From: Leucoraja ocellata
Taxonomy: Eukaryota
Direction: 5' to 3'
Assembly (NCBI GenBank): GCA_036785375.1
Contig: JAWMAR010000384.1
Span: 124,001-188,000 of the forward strand
DNA length: 64,000 nucleotides
Part shown: piece by piece, positions 1 through 11,338 of the stretch
Position numbering within the stretch: the stretch's first letter is position 1
Layout of the letters: the number at the start of each line of letters is the position of its first letter
The notes under the pieces: model-generated
Database searches by the model: none
Told to the model about the DNA's origin: nothing
What the model saw: the letters and a program-made list of their open reading frames with translations, nothing else
Made by a program: the position numbers and the translations under genes

Positions 1-772
1 ACTATTATCTAAATGGTGGCCGATTGGGAAAGGGGGAGATGCAGCGAGACCTGGGTGTCATGGTACACCAGTCATTGAAGGTAGGCATGCAGGTGCAGCA
101 GGCAGTAAAGAAAGCGAATGGTATGTTAGCTTTCATTGCAAAAGGATTTGAGTATAGGAGCAGGGAGGTTCTACTGCAGTTGTACAGGGTCTTGGTGAGA
201 CCACACCTGGAGTATTACGTACAGTTTTGGTCTCCAAATCTGAGGAAGGACATTATTGCCATAGAGGGAGTGCAGAGACGGTTCACCAGACTGATTCCTG
301 GGATGTCAGGACTGTCTTATGAAGAAAGACTGGATAGACTTGGTTTATACTCTCTAGAATTTAGAAGATTGAGAGGGGATCTTATAGAAACTTACAAAAT
401 TCTTAAGGGGTTGGACAGGCTAGATGCAGGAAGATTGTTCCCGATGTTAGGGAAGTCCAGGACAAGGGGTCACAGCTTAAGGATAAGGGGGAAATCCTTT
501 AAAACCGAGATGAGAAGAACTTTTTTCACACAGAGAGTGGTGAATCTCTGGAACTCTCTGCCACAGAGGGTAGTTGAGGCCAGTTCATTGGCTATATTTA
601 AGAGGGAGTTAGATGTGGCCCTTGTGGCTAAGGGGATCAGGGGGTATGGAGAGAAGGCAGGTACGGGATACTGAGTTGGATGATCAGCCATGATCATATT
701 GAATGGCGGTGCAGGCTCGACGGGCCGAATGGCCTACTCCTGCACCTAATTTCTATGTTTCTATGTTTCTAT
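1..772 (+). mobile_element. CR1-type LINE 3' fragment (C-terminal ORF2 plus 3' UTR with (TTCTATGT)n-type tail)
   Basis: ORF 24-674 has CR1 ORF2 C-terminal motifs (RPHLEY..QFWSP, RLRGDLIE.YKI, TRGHSL, FFTQRVVNLWNSLP); short tandem tail at ~750-772. Confidence 0.9.
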
Positions 773-802
773 CTACTTCCTCAAAAAACAAGAGGTTTGG
801 CA

Positions 803-1167
803 CATTCTTAAGGGGTTGGACAGGCTAGATGCAGGAGGATTGTTCCTGATGTTGGGGAAGTCCTGAACAAGGGGTCACAGTTTAATGATAAGGGGGAAAT
901 CTATCAGGACCGAGATGAGGAAAACATTTTTTACACAGAGTGGTGAATCTCTGGAATTCTATGCCACAGAAGGTAGTTGAGGCTAGTTCATTGGCTATAT
1001 TTAAGAGGGAGTTAGATGTGGCCCTTGTGGCTAAAGGGGTCAGGGGGTATGGAGAGAAGGCAGGTACAGGATACTGAGTTGGATAATCAGCCGTGATCAT
1101 ATTGAATGGCGGTGCTGGCTCGAAGGGCCGAATGGCCTACTCCTGCACCTATTTTCTATGTTTCTAT
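803..1167 (+). mobile_element. second CR1 3' fragment, same family, in tandem
   Basis: near-copy of ~399-770 including the 3' UTR and tail. Confidence 0.85.
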
Positions 1168-4100
1168 ATCTCCAAATACTTTCCAGCTTCTACCAAGACC
1201 CAATCAATTTCCTTCTGTTAACTCACTGTTCTGCCTGGTGGAAGTTGTCCTCAACAACCACTTTGATTCCTCTCACTTTCTCCAAGTTAAAGGTGCAGCC
1301 ATGCAAACTGGCATGGGCCCCAGCTATACCTGACTTTTTGTTGGTCATGTGGAACAGACGGAGGAATTGGGAGCAGGACAGTCTTTGCAAGGGGCAGGGT
1401 GGGAAGGACGTACCATGATAACCACCTCATCGAACTGTTGCTGCCTTGAGTAGACTAAGATGCCTTTGGACCCTACTGTCATTATGTATAAACATTATCA
1501 TTGTACCCAAAATGCAGAACTCTGCAATTTTCAGAATTAACATCTATCATTACACGGCCTACCTTACCATATCAATGTTCTGTAAATGAAGACTATTCAT
1601 GCGATCAACAACAGTTTCATGATTTGTGTCAACTGTGCACTTACTGATTATATCCTACATTTACATTCAAATTAGTAATGTATATAATTAACATCAAGGG
1701 CCTGAGCACCAATTACTTCACACATACTGGTCACAGGCTCCAATGCAAAAAGCAATCCTTGACCATTACCTTCCATACCCTATCAGCAACCATATTTTGC
1801 ATCCCATTTACCAATAAATTGAGTAATGGGACTGCTGCAAATGATCAGAGTTCAAGCATTGGTACTCAAAGCACGTGCTGAACCAAATTTGTTAAATTCA
1901 CACTATTGAAACATACACCAGTTCCTAACAACGAGCCTACAGTTATTCTGCTTCTATATTGCATGAATAATAATGAGATTTATTCCTTGCATTGATCTCA
2001 AATCTCTTTCAATCATTCCCCTACCGTTACCCCATGCGTGCTCGTTCGCCATTTTGCCCACTTCTATTTCCTATTTTTTTCAGTCTTTAACTAAGTGTAG
2101 GAAGGTGGGAATCTGACCAGACAGTCAACAGAACTATCGAATTGGGAAATAATAAAATCAAGGGTGTAGAAAGGAACTGCAGATGCTGGTATATATTAAA
2201 GATGAGAGGGTCTCGACCTGAAACTCACCAATCCTTTTTCTCCAGAGATGCTGCCTGACTTGCTGAATTACACCAGCACTTTGTGTCTATCTTCATTAAT
2301 AAAGTCAATACTGAGAGAATTGGTATCCGATGGTTTGAGAAAAGAGCTGGAAGTGGCAACTTTATAATTGCAGAATTAAATGGGATTGGAAGCATTTCTC
2401 TGGGTTGATTACAAAAATGTACTATAGCGTGAGAAAAACATCTATCTATATATAAGTGATGGTTGATGACCATCAATTATGTTTGCAAAATTCACACATT
2501 TTAGCTATGGTGTAAACTAGTCCCGCGGGTTGTCAGGCAGTATTGTATTCTGTGGTGAGAATATTTGCAGTCAGAGGATGGTGTAAAACAGTTTAGCGAT
2601 TATGACCTTTATCTGGTTTTGCTATTGCAAAGACCCCTTTGATGTAACACCTGCGCAAAATAAAACAAACCAGCTGCGTGAACTATTGCAAAATCTCACC
2701 AAACTTGTTAAATTCGCACCTTTGAAACATACACACCAGTTGCTTAACAATGAGCCAAAAGCTATTCTGCTTCTATATTTAATTTAAATTTAATTTTATT
2801 TAATTATTTATGATGAACAGAATAAAAGAATAAAAAGCAAGTGTGAAACAACATACAAAAAACAAAAGAATATTTATAAAGTGTCATAAACAATATCTAT
2901 AAATAAATGAAATCGTATGTGTCCGAAAAGGAGCAGGAAGAAGCCAAAGCTTCCCACCCCTTATTCAACTGCTTGTAATTATCTTATACAAATTTAGCAA
3001 CTATATGTACACCAGCAGCTATGTACACCAAATTCTTTACATTTATACACTAATCAAACATTTACAAAGCCATACAAAAAAGAAAAAGAAAAGAAAAAAC
3101 CCTCATATACTATACAGTATCTTAGTCATATATACAACCCATCGCCCTATAATCACCCTTCCCAATATAATCAGTATAACAAATATCCCACTCACAATCA
3201 CCTATCCTTATCCCAAGATCCTTTTAAACAAGTGTTTTTGTACATCTTTTTAAACTAAATTATGCTTGTGCTAAGTTTTATCTCCTGTTCCAGACCATTC
3301 CACAAATTCACACCACAGATTGCTATGCATATACTTTGTTGTTCTGACATTGCATGAATAATAATGAGATTTATTCCTTGCATTGATCTCACGTCTCTTT
3401 CAATCATCCCCTCCACCGTTCGGCATTTTACCCACTTAATAAATTCTATTTTCTATTTTTTTCAGTCTTTTTCTGATCAATAATAATTTACTTGCCAACC
3501 TGGACACATACATTGGTTGAAATGTCTGGCCCAACAGCCGCTCAGAGGATAGTCGGATCAGAGGGGTCGCTGGCTAATCGCTCTCGGTCGCCGTAGGTAC
3601 AACTTGTTCCCTTTTGTGTCACCGGTAGCTTCTATCTCAAATCCTCCGCCTTGACGTCAGCAGTTTTTATATTAATTTGTCTGATAAAATCACTGGGAAT
3701 GATTTAACACAACCAATGAATATATAAACCTCAAATTTGCTCCAGGCAGTGTTGGAAGATGCAAAAGAAAGACTGGGGAGAATTGAGGGGTGGGAGGCTA
3801 GTCAAGTCAAGAGAGTTTATTGTCATGTGTACCAGATAGGGCAATGAAATTCATGCTTGCTGCCCCACAACTGAATATTGTAGGCATAAATACAGATCAG
3901 ATCAGTGTATCCATATAGCATAGAATACATATATACACACACATAAATAAACAGATAAAGTGCAATAGGCTGTTCAGAGTTTGTTTGAAGTTGTGTTTAA
4001 TAGTCTGATAGCTGTGGGAAGAAGCTGTTCCTGAACCTGGATGTTGCAGATTTCAGGCTCCTGTACCTTCTACCTGTTGTGGCGGTAAGCGTAAGTGGGT

Positions 4101-4473
4101 ACCGTGAAGCACAGTGACCTAAATTTTCAGGCAAAAAAAAAGATAGAAAGTAAGGTAATTACAAGAGGGAACTGAAGGTGGAAAAACAGCGGAAGTGCTT
4201 AGCAGACATTTGCCGTGGAGATTTTAAGATCCAAAATATCGGGAATTGTCGCGTTTTCTCGCTGAATTTCATCAAAATTAAGGCATTATTAACTTACTTT
4301 TGATGAAATTCAGCGAGCAAACGTGTTAATTCCCGATATTTTGGATCTTAAAATCTCCACGGCAAATGTCAGCTGTTCACTTCCGCTGCTTTCTACCTTC
4401 AGTTCCCTCTTGTAATTACCTTACTTTCTATTTTTTTTTTTGCCTGAAAATTTAGGTCGCTGTGCTTCACGGT
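4101..4473. repeat. long imperfect palindrome (foldback/MITE-like), arms ~180 bp
   Basis: 4101-~4282 is the reverse complement of ~4291-4473 (accgtgaagcacag...ctgtgcttcacggt). Confidence 0.85.
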
Positions 4474-7097
4474 CACCCCGACTAGCACAGAAAATTTCAG
4501 CTCAAAAATCGGCCGTTTTCCATGTTTTTAACGGGTGGGAAAGTGCGTGTTTCCCCATTCACTTACATGTACCGATCTGACATATGTCCTCCAGTTAAAA
4601 TTTTCGGTCACGTGAGGGGGGGATCTACGCTCATTTGACCTTTGGTGAAATCACCCTATTCACACGATCCCAGATCAGGAGCGGAGCCAATTCCGCCGTG
4701 CATCAGGAAAACGATTGATTTATTCAGCGTCAGAGACAAGTGGCGCTAATAACCGTGCAGCGAGAAACCATTCGTAGGCGTTGCGCGGTAGACTGTGTGG
4801 GCAGCTGTGTGGCCTGTAACGGAGGATGATGCATCCAGACGCTGCTGTCTGCACGCCAACAACACAGAGGCTGAATATGCATCATCACTTAAATCATTCC
4901 TTGAATGTTCCTTTCTGCAGGCGTGCCAGCGTGAGAGTGTGGTGTTAATGTGAAAGTATCGGAGGGCATCAGCGTCTGAAAAGCTAGGAGTGGTGTAGAC
5001 GCGAATAATGTTCAAACTGGCGGTGAACCTGCAGCAGTTTCACGGCGAAGGAGGTGTCGCGGCTCGTTGGGCTTCATCTCTCTCAGTAGGTGCCGGCGCA
5101 TTTCTGCCTCGGGTTGTTGGTCCTTAAGGCTAAAACTGTAACGTTGGTGGATGTGTGGGCCAGTCATCAGGAGAGGATGGCAATGGCACGCGTCCTTTCA
5201 TTTTGCCTTTTAAGGCGGGGAGTAGACCAAAGATCCCATAGCGGAGGATCCTATCGCAATAGGATCTTTGGAATAGACTGCATTTCCAGACCAGTCTTCA
5301 GAAGGACTCGCTATGCTCCTGCTGCATTAACTCAGCGGGTCAAGCAGCATCAAGGAGATAAAGGATGGGTGATATTTCGGGTCTGGACCCCCCCCCCCCC
5401 CCTACTCTTCATCCCTCGGCTGCTCTTCCAGTGAAAACTAACTTGCATCTCTCTCTTCCCCAGTTCTGGCGAAGGATCGCAAGCCCGGAAGATTTTTCTT
5501 TCTACAGACTACGACCCCCCCCCCCCCCCCCCCGCATGAGATTATGTTTTTGTTTCAGATTTGCAGCATCTGCAGGTTTTGTTTTGTTTTTAATAAATTC
5601 TCTCTCAGTTGGGAGCGTAACTATAGCGTCAGCTCAGAGCTTACTATCCGAAGGGCAAGGTGATGTTTAATTTACACTAATGTTGTTGCTCATTGATTCG
5701 GGCCAAGTTAACGTGAACTGAGAACTGGTCATGCAAACCTGATCAGTGGTTTCCCGGACCAGTGTGAGCCACTTTACCGATTTAATTAAAAATAACAGAA
5801 AATACTGGACATGTTCAAGTCAATCACAATATTTGCAATGAGACACAAAACAGGAACACTAAAGCTTTTGATCTTTTATCAGAACTGAAAGGCAGATTTA
5901 AAAGAATTACAGATCAAAATAACGGCGACGGGAAACAGCGAAGGTTTGGCAGAGGATGTCCTGAATAACATGACGGCGCACACAGCAAGGTAACTTACAG
6001 CGAGGTTCAATTTCTAAACCCGCAGGTTCCAACTAATCCGCTACCCGCCTTCAGCTATTTCTAACTGCAGATTTCGGCATCCATACTATTTTGCTTCGGT
6101 GGTGAAAGTTTTGTCGGAGACAGTGACCAACAGTCACAGTGACTGCGATTTACAGTTACTGGATGCAGGTTGTCACAACGAGCCTAGATTTTTCCTTTAA
6201 GCTGCGGCTGAGAATAAACGACAGGTACTTGCTCTCCATCGCAACTCTGTGTTTGGGGGCTGGCTTTGCAAAATTTCAGAATTGAATATTGTACCTGGAA
6301 ATATAGGAAATATAGATAGCAGATTAATTGTCCTTATTTTACCGTATATGATATTTAGAGAGCAGAATGTTTACATTTATGATGTTAGTAATTACTCTAC
6401 ACATTGCAGTAAATCCACTTGACTTTAACCTGTAATGTCGCGGTAAGCAGGTTTTCAAACAATGTTAACTTTATGTCAATGTTAGCTTTAAAATAGGTCT
6501 GGCCTTTTCTCATTAATTATAGATTATATTTCACAACGCCATATTTCAGTTCATCGAGAAGATGGGGGCTCACTGAGTAAACCCATCCCACCGCTAATTT
6601 CTCAGTGGCATTTTCTTCCCACATTCCAATCAACGTCTCTCCCTCCCAGATTCTACCACTCACCTGCAAACTGGGGGTAATCTATAGCGGCACTGGAATC
6701 TTTGGGATCTGGGTGGGAGCACCTGGGGGAATCCCTTTGCCTTCTTGGGGAGAATTGGGAAAAGTCCTCACATGCAGCGTGGACAGCAGTGTTGCTCAGG
6801 AGTTAGACACAAAAAGCTGGAGTAACTCAGCGGGACAGACAGCATCTCTGGAGAGAAGGAATGGGTGACATTTCGCGTCGAGACCCTTCTGCAGTTGCAC
6901 CGGAGTTGCTGGAGCCGCGAGGCAGCAACTCTCTTGGAACCATTGGGGTTGGACTAGGACTTCCCTTGGGACAATTATCTTTAATTGTTTGTTTTCCAGT
7001 ACAGCCCGTGTCGTTGGATGTCTGCCCGAATACATTGTCATGTAGTTTGAAATGCACTTTTTTTGTTTTGTTTTTACAGCATACCTGCTCTGTTGAA

Positions 7098-7208
7098 TTA
7101 TTGGTGGCCTTTACCATCGCAATAAACGACCTGTGAATCTGCAATCTGACGGATTTCCGCGTATGTTGTAGAAGACGTATTCGTATATACACCAGGTCCT
7201 GAAATATC
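7098..7208 (-). CDS. putative terminal cytoplasmic exon of the NKp30/CD28-like receptor (DISGPGVYTNTSSTTYAEIRQIADSQVVYCDGKGHQ*)
   Basis: pyrimidine-rich acceptor ctctcttgtttcccaaag, phase 0 matching the 8331 donor, 36 codons with three Tyr motifs, TAA at 7100-7098. Confidence 0.55.
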   Translation of the reverse strand, partial: DISGPGVYTNTSSTTYAEIRQIADSQVVYCDGKGHQ

Positions 7209-7451
7209 CTTTGGGAAACAAGAGAGTTAACTTCACGAAACTCAATAACTACATAGAAACATAGAACATACTCAACAACGTACCTCGGTGACTGCCAATC
7301 ACCACCCCCCCTCCCCCCCCCCCCCGCCACTTATAATCATTTATTCAAATCGTTTGCTATGTCGCTCTTCCAGGGAGATGCTAAATGCAGTTTGTTGTCT
7401 CTGTACTGTACACTGACAATGACAATTAAAATTGAATCTGAATCTGAATCT

Positions 7452-7748
7452 GAAACATAGAAAATAGGTGCAGGAGTAGGTCATTCGGCCCTTCGAGCCT
7501 GCACCACCATTCAATATGATCATGGCTGATCATCCAACTCAGTATCCTGTACCTGCCTTCTCTCCATATCCCCTGATCCCGTTAGCCACAAGGGCCACAT
7601 CTAACTCCCTCTTAAATACAGGCAATGAACTACCTTCTGTGGCACAGAATTCCAGAGATTCACCACTCTCTGTGTGAAAAATGTTTTTCTCATCTCGGTC
7701 CTAAAAGATTTCCCCCTTATCCTCAAACCGTGACCCCTTGTTCTGGAG
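7452..7748 (-). mobile_element. CR1 3' fragment
   Basis: reverse complement of the CR1 3' end seen at 460-770 (ORF 7601-7819: TRGHGLRIRGKSFRTEMRKTFFTQRVVNLWN). Confidence 0.85.
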
Positions 7749-8330
7749 GACCAAGATAAATGTTGAATCAAGATAAATTGTCCACAATCTATGAGAGAAA
7801 AGTTACAACGTACCTTCATACTTTGCTTTGTTTAAATATAATATCATGTTATCAAATGGAACAATTATTTTCAATCCGCATGTAAATTTCTGCCATTTTA
7901 TCGCTGCTTTCCCCTAAATACCTTAATTACCAGAATATCAATTACTCTTTTCTCTTTGCACAAACCAAGGTCGAATAGATTCTAACACCTCGTTGGATCC
8001 TCAACATTTATTTTTTCCAATGCTAATGTCGCTAATATGGCTTGCCCAGTCTAGTTGCTTGTCTGATTTTTCAATGGCCTTTTCTCTAATCAGATATGAT
8101 CGCTGACCATGGAACTTCGCAAGGCGCAGCGATAAGCAGTGGATGCTTTGAATTTGACTTGAACATGACACTACTTTGAATCAAAGTGTCATGTTCCTAA
8201 AAATTATGGAGAACAACTAAAACAGTGGGGGAAAAAACAACGATTAAACACCTTTTGGAAAGTACATGTCATTTGTTTGCACTAATAACATATGGTGCGT
8301 AAAGGGACGTAAATTGTGCAGTTACACTAC

Positions 8331-8380
8331 CTCCAGTACTGTTCCAGGGGTCGAATCACTGTGCACCATTAACCGTTTTT
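8331..8380 (-). CDS. putative juxtamembrane cytoplasmic exon of the receptor ((Q)KRLMVHSDSTPGTVLE)
   Basis: acceptor ttttgtaattatag, phase-1 start matching the TM exon, open frame; donor gag|gtagtg is weak and read-through gives ...LEVV* at 8322. Confidence 0.55.
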
Positions 8381-8559
8381 CTATAATTACAAAATAACCA
8401 AGCATTATTTCAAGTGACATGTTATCATTGTGTCAAGGCTGTAAATATAATCACAAGGAACTACAGGTGCTGTTTTACACAAACTGCTGGACTAATTCAG
8501 TGGGACAAGCAGCATCTCTGGAGAACACTATGAACATAGAATTATCCAAGGTAATAACC

Positions 8560-8975
8560 CATTCAAGATTTAAGAGAGTTTATTGTCATGTGTCCCAGAT
8601 AGGACAATGAAATTCTTGCTTTGCTTCAGCACAACAGAATATAGAAGGCGTGAATACAGAACAGATCAGTGTGTCCATATACCATTGTATAAATATATAC
8701 ATACATGAATAAATAAAACAGCTAAACTGCAAATAAACAGATAATGGGATATTAATGTTCAGAGTTTTGTTTGAGTTGAGTTCAATAGCCTGATAGCTGT
8801 GGGTAGGAGCTGTTTCTGAATCTGGACGTTGCAGTCTTCAGACTCCAGTACCTTCTACCCGATGGTAGCGAGGAGATGAGTGTGTGGCCAGGATGACGTG
8901 GGTCCTTGATGATGCTGCCAGCCTTTTTGCGGCAGCGACTGCGATAGATCCCCTCGATGGTAGGGAGGTCAGAGC
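8560..8975 (-). mobile_element. Rex1/Babar-type LINE 3' fragment
   Basis: ORF 8782-9000 (RCRKKAGSIIKDPRHPGHTLISSLPSGRRY.SLKT.TSRFRNS) is a typical Rex-Babar C-terminus; a related 3' UTR piece lies at ~3805-4075. Confidence 0.7.
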
Positions 8976-9459
8976 TGCCTCCTCCCTTCTCTTCCCACAC
9001 CTCTACTGTACCCCACCTGGTCCCACATCTATTTTTCTCCTCCCCTCCCCCTCGTTGTACATTATTTCCTCTGTCTTTACAATTCGCAACTCTTCAATCT
9101 GTTCTACTCACACTTTCTATTCTAATCCCCGGCATTTGTTCCTACCAGGTATCAAGCCGTGCCTCCACTGATTACCTGCAATGCTTTGTCCCGTCTCCCC
9201 TCTCTTCCTGCTTCCCCCTCTCCTACAGTCAGTCTGAAGAAGGGCCCCAACCCAAAACGTCACCTATCCATGTTCTTCAGAGATGCTGCTTTGATCCACT
9301 GAGTTACTCCATCACGTTGTGTCCTTTTAGCACAAACATCTGATTATTTTATATAGATTGCAAATATTGCAGAGGAGGGGACGACTTGATTATTGGAGTG
9401 AAGACACTAAGTCCTGCGATATGAATATATAAAGGAATGATTATAACAGTTTGTTTTAC

Positions 9460-9852
9460 CATATAACCATATAACCATATAACAATTACAGCACGGAAAG
9501 TCCGTGCCGAACAACATTTTCCCCCTTAGTCCCACCTGCCTGCACTCATACCATAACCCTCCATTCCCTTCTCATCCATATGCCTATCCAATTTATTTTT
9601 AAATGATACCAATGAACCTGCCTCCACCACTTCCACTGGAAGTTCATTCCACACCGCTACCATTCTCTGAGTAAAGAAGTTCTCCCTCATATTACCCCTA
9701 AACTTCTGTCCCTTAATTCTGAAGTCATGTCCTCTTGTTTGAATCTTCCCTATTCTCAAAGGGAAAAGCTTGTCCACATCAACTCTGTCTATCCCTCTCA
9801 TCATTTTAAAGACCTCTATCAAGTCCCCCCTTAACCTTCTGCGCCCCAGAGA
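9460..9852 (-). mobile_element. CR1 3' fragment (different subfamily)
   Basis: ORF 9526-9822 (IEVFKMMRGIDRVD..TRGH..FFTQR..AVWNELP); short tandem tail ccatataa at ~9460-9483. Confidence 0.85.
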
Positions 9853-9970
9853 ATAAAGGATTTATAAAACAAAAGGTTTTAGGATTAGTAAAATGTGGAA
9901 CTGAGAGTAAACTGAGATTTTCTGAGAACTTATTTTTGTTTTTGCTACTTTGAAATCTTTGCAACAGGAA

Positions 9971-10183
9971 TGCCCCTGTCCCACTTAGAAAACCTGAACG
10001 GAAACCTCTGGAGATTTTGCGCCCCACCCAAGGTTTCCGTGCGGTTCCCGGAGGTTTTTGCCAGTCTCCCTATTTGCTTCCACTACCTGCAACCTCCGGC
10101 AACCACCTGCAACCTCCGGCAACCATCTGCAACCTCCAGTGTCCAGAGGTTTTCGTTCAGGTTTCCTAAGTGGAACAGGGGCA
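9971..10183. mobile_element. MITE, PIF/Harbinger-like (copy A)
   Basis: terminal inverted repeats tgcccctgtcccacttag...ctaagtggaacaggggca; internal caacctccggcaacca repeats. Confidence 0.8.
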
Positions 10184-10432
10184 TGATACACACTTTCACG
10201 CATTTTAGTTGCCATATTTGAGCACATTGTTGTACACATACGATGGGCCAAATTGGGTACTCATTGCTGTACACTTCTATGATTCATTTCCCTGTTTGAA
10301 ATTGATGGCCAACACTGTCAATTTTACCTTAATAATTTGTTGATGAATATTATATATTCAGAGTATATTCGTTATTTACAGCGGAAAATTGACGTAAGCC
10401 TCTTAAGTTCGCGGTGAAAGCTTAATACTCAC

Positions 10433-10546
10433 GTTTTACCTTCCAACAGCTTACCGCTATGAAAATAATGACAAATATCAGGCAAATCAGCCGATAAAGC
10501 CACGAATGTAGTTCTTTCCAGTAAACGGGAAGTTCTTTCCGGTAAA
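10433..10546 (-). CDS. stalk + transmembrane exon of the NKp30-like receptor ((V)YRKELPVYWKELHSWLYRLICLIFVIIFIAVSCWKVK)
   Basis: acceptor cacttctttcaaag, consensus donor |gtgagt, 114 nt, phase 1-1 in frame with the V exon; hydrophobic stretch with an N-proximal Arg followed by basic residues. Confidence 0.8.
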
Positions 10547-11150
10547 CTTTGAAAGAAGTGTACAAATATTAGGGTTAATATTTATAGGAAACTATAATTG
10601 GCACGTTTTACTGAAAAGTAAAGGAGTAATATGTATCATTGTGCGCTCCCGGAGAGTTGACCCACTACACCTGCATCGTTTTGAGATACTTTACAATATT
10701 ATATATGTAATCAAACTTAAAATGCCGAGGTTTAGTATTTTCTCGTTATATTCGGCCGTTTCGCTTCTCGGCGGAAGTGCTTTCCATTTAAATTCCACAA
10801 GTTGATATATTTTTTAAAGACAGCGGAAAGATGAGTTTCTTGATGTAGAAAATTGATCAACTGATATCGCAAAACACGTTTGGCCGTCAGTGTTTAAAAC
10901 TGGGAGTTCCCGCCGATGTAAAATTGGCTGCCGAAGTCTCGGAGTCTTCACGTGGAACTAGAAGTTGACAATATTTTACAATGCACCAGTTATGGAATTC
11001 AGGTAAATTGTGAATCAAAACGTGTAGAATTTAGCCAAAGTTGCTTCCTGACCTGCTGAGCATTTCCAACATATTTCAGATTTTCTGCATCTGCAATATT
11101 TTGTACAAAATTATCATAGGGCAAGATCACCCGATTTGTGTAATTACTAA

Positions 11151-11338
11151 TGCCCCTGTCCCACCTAGGAAACCTGAACGGAACGGTTCCCGGAGGTTTT
11201 TGTCAGTCTCCCTACCTGCTTCCACTACCTGCAACCTCCGGCAACCACCTGCAACCTCCGGGAACCGCACGGAAACCTTGCGTGGGGCACAAAGTCTCCA
11301 GAGGTTTCCGTTCAGGATTCCTAAGTGGGACAGGGGCA
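11151..11338. mobile_element. MITE, PIF/Harbinger-like (copy B)
   Basis: same TIRs as copy A, flanked by a 3-bp TAA duplication (11148-11150 and 11339-11341). Confidence 0.8.

Noticed and set aside
4746-5210. GC-richer segment with short ORFs
   Set aside because: No recognisable domain or splice pattern; possibly a DNA-transposon remnant, but I cannot support a call
6827-7330. 167-aa minus-strand ORF as the receptor tail
   Set aside because: Starts in a poly-G tract and ends in a repeat; the frame matching the upstream exon phase is the other one (DISGPGVY...)
8161-8196. Short hairpin gaacatgacac...gtgtcatgttc (a similar one at 5227-5271)
   Set aside because: Too short to assign; probably MITE remnants
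10070-10140. Short direct repeats resembling a CRISPR-like array
   Set aside because: Internal repeats of a MITE in a vertebrate genome; no unique spacers or cas genes
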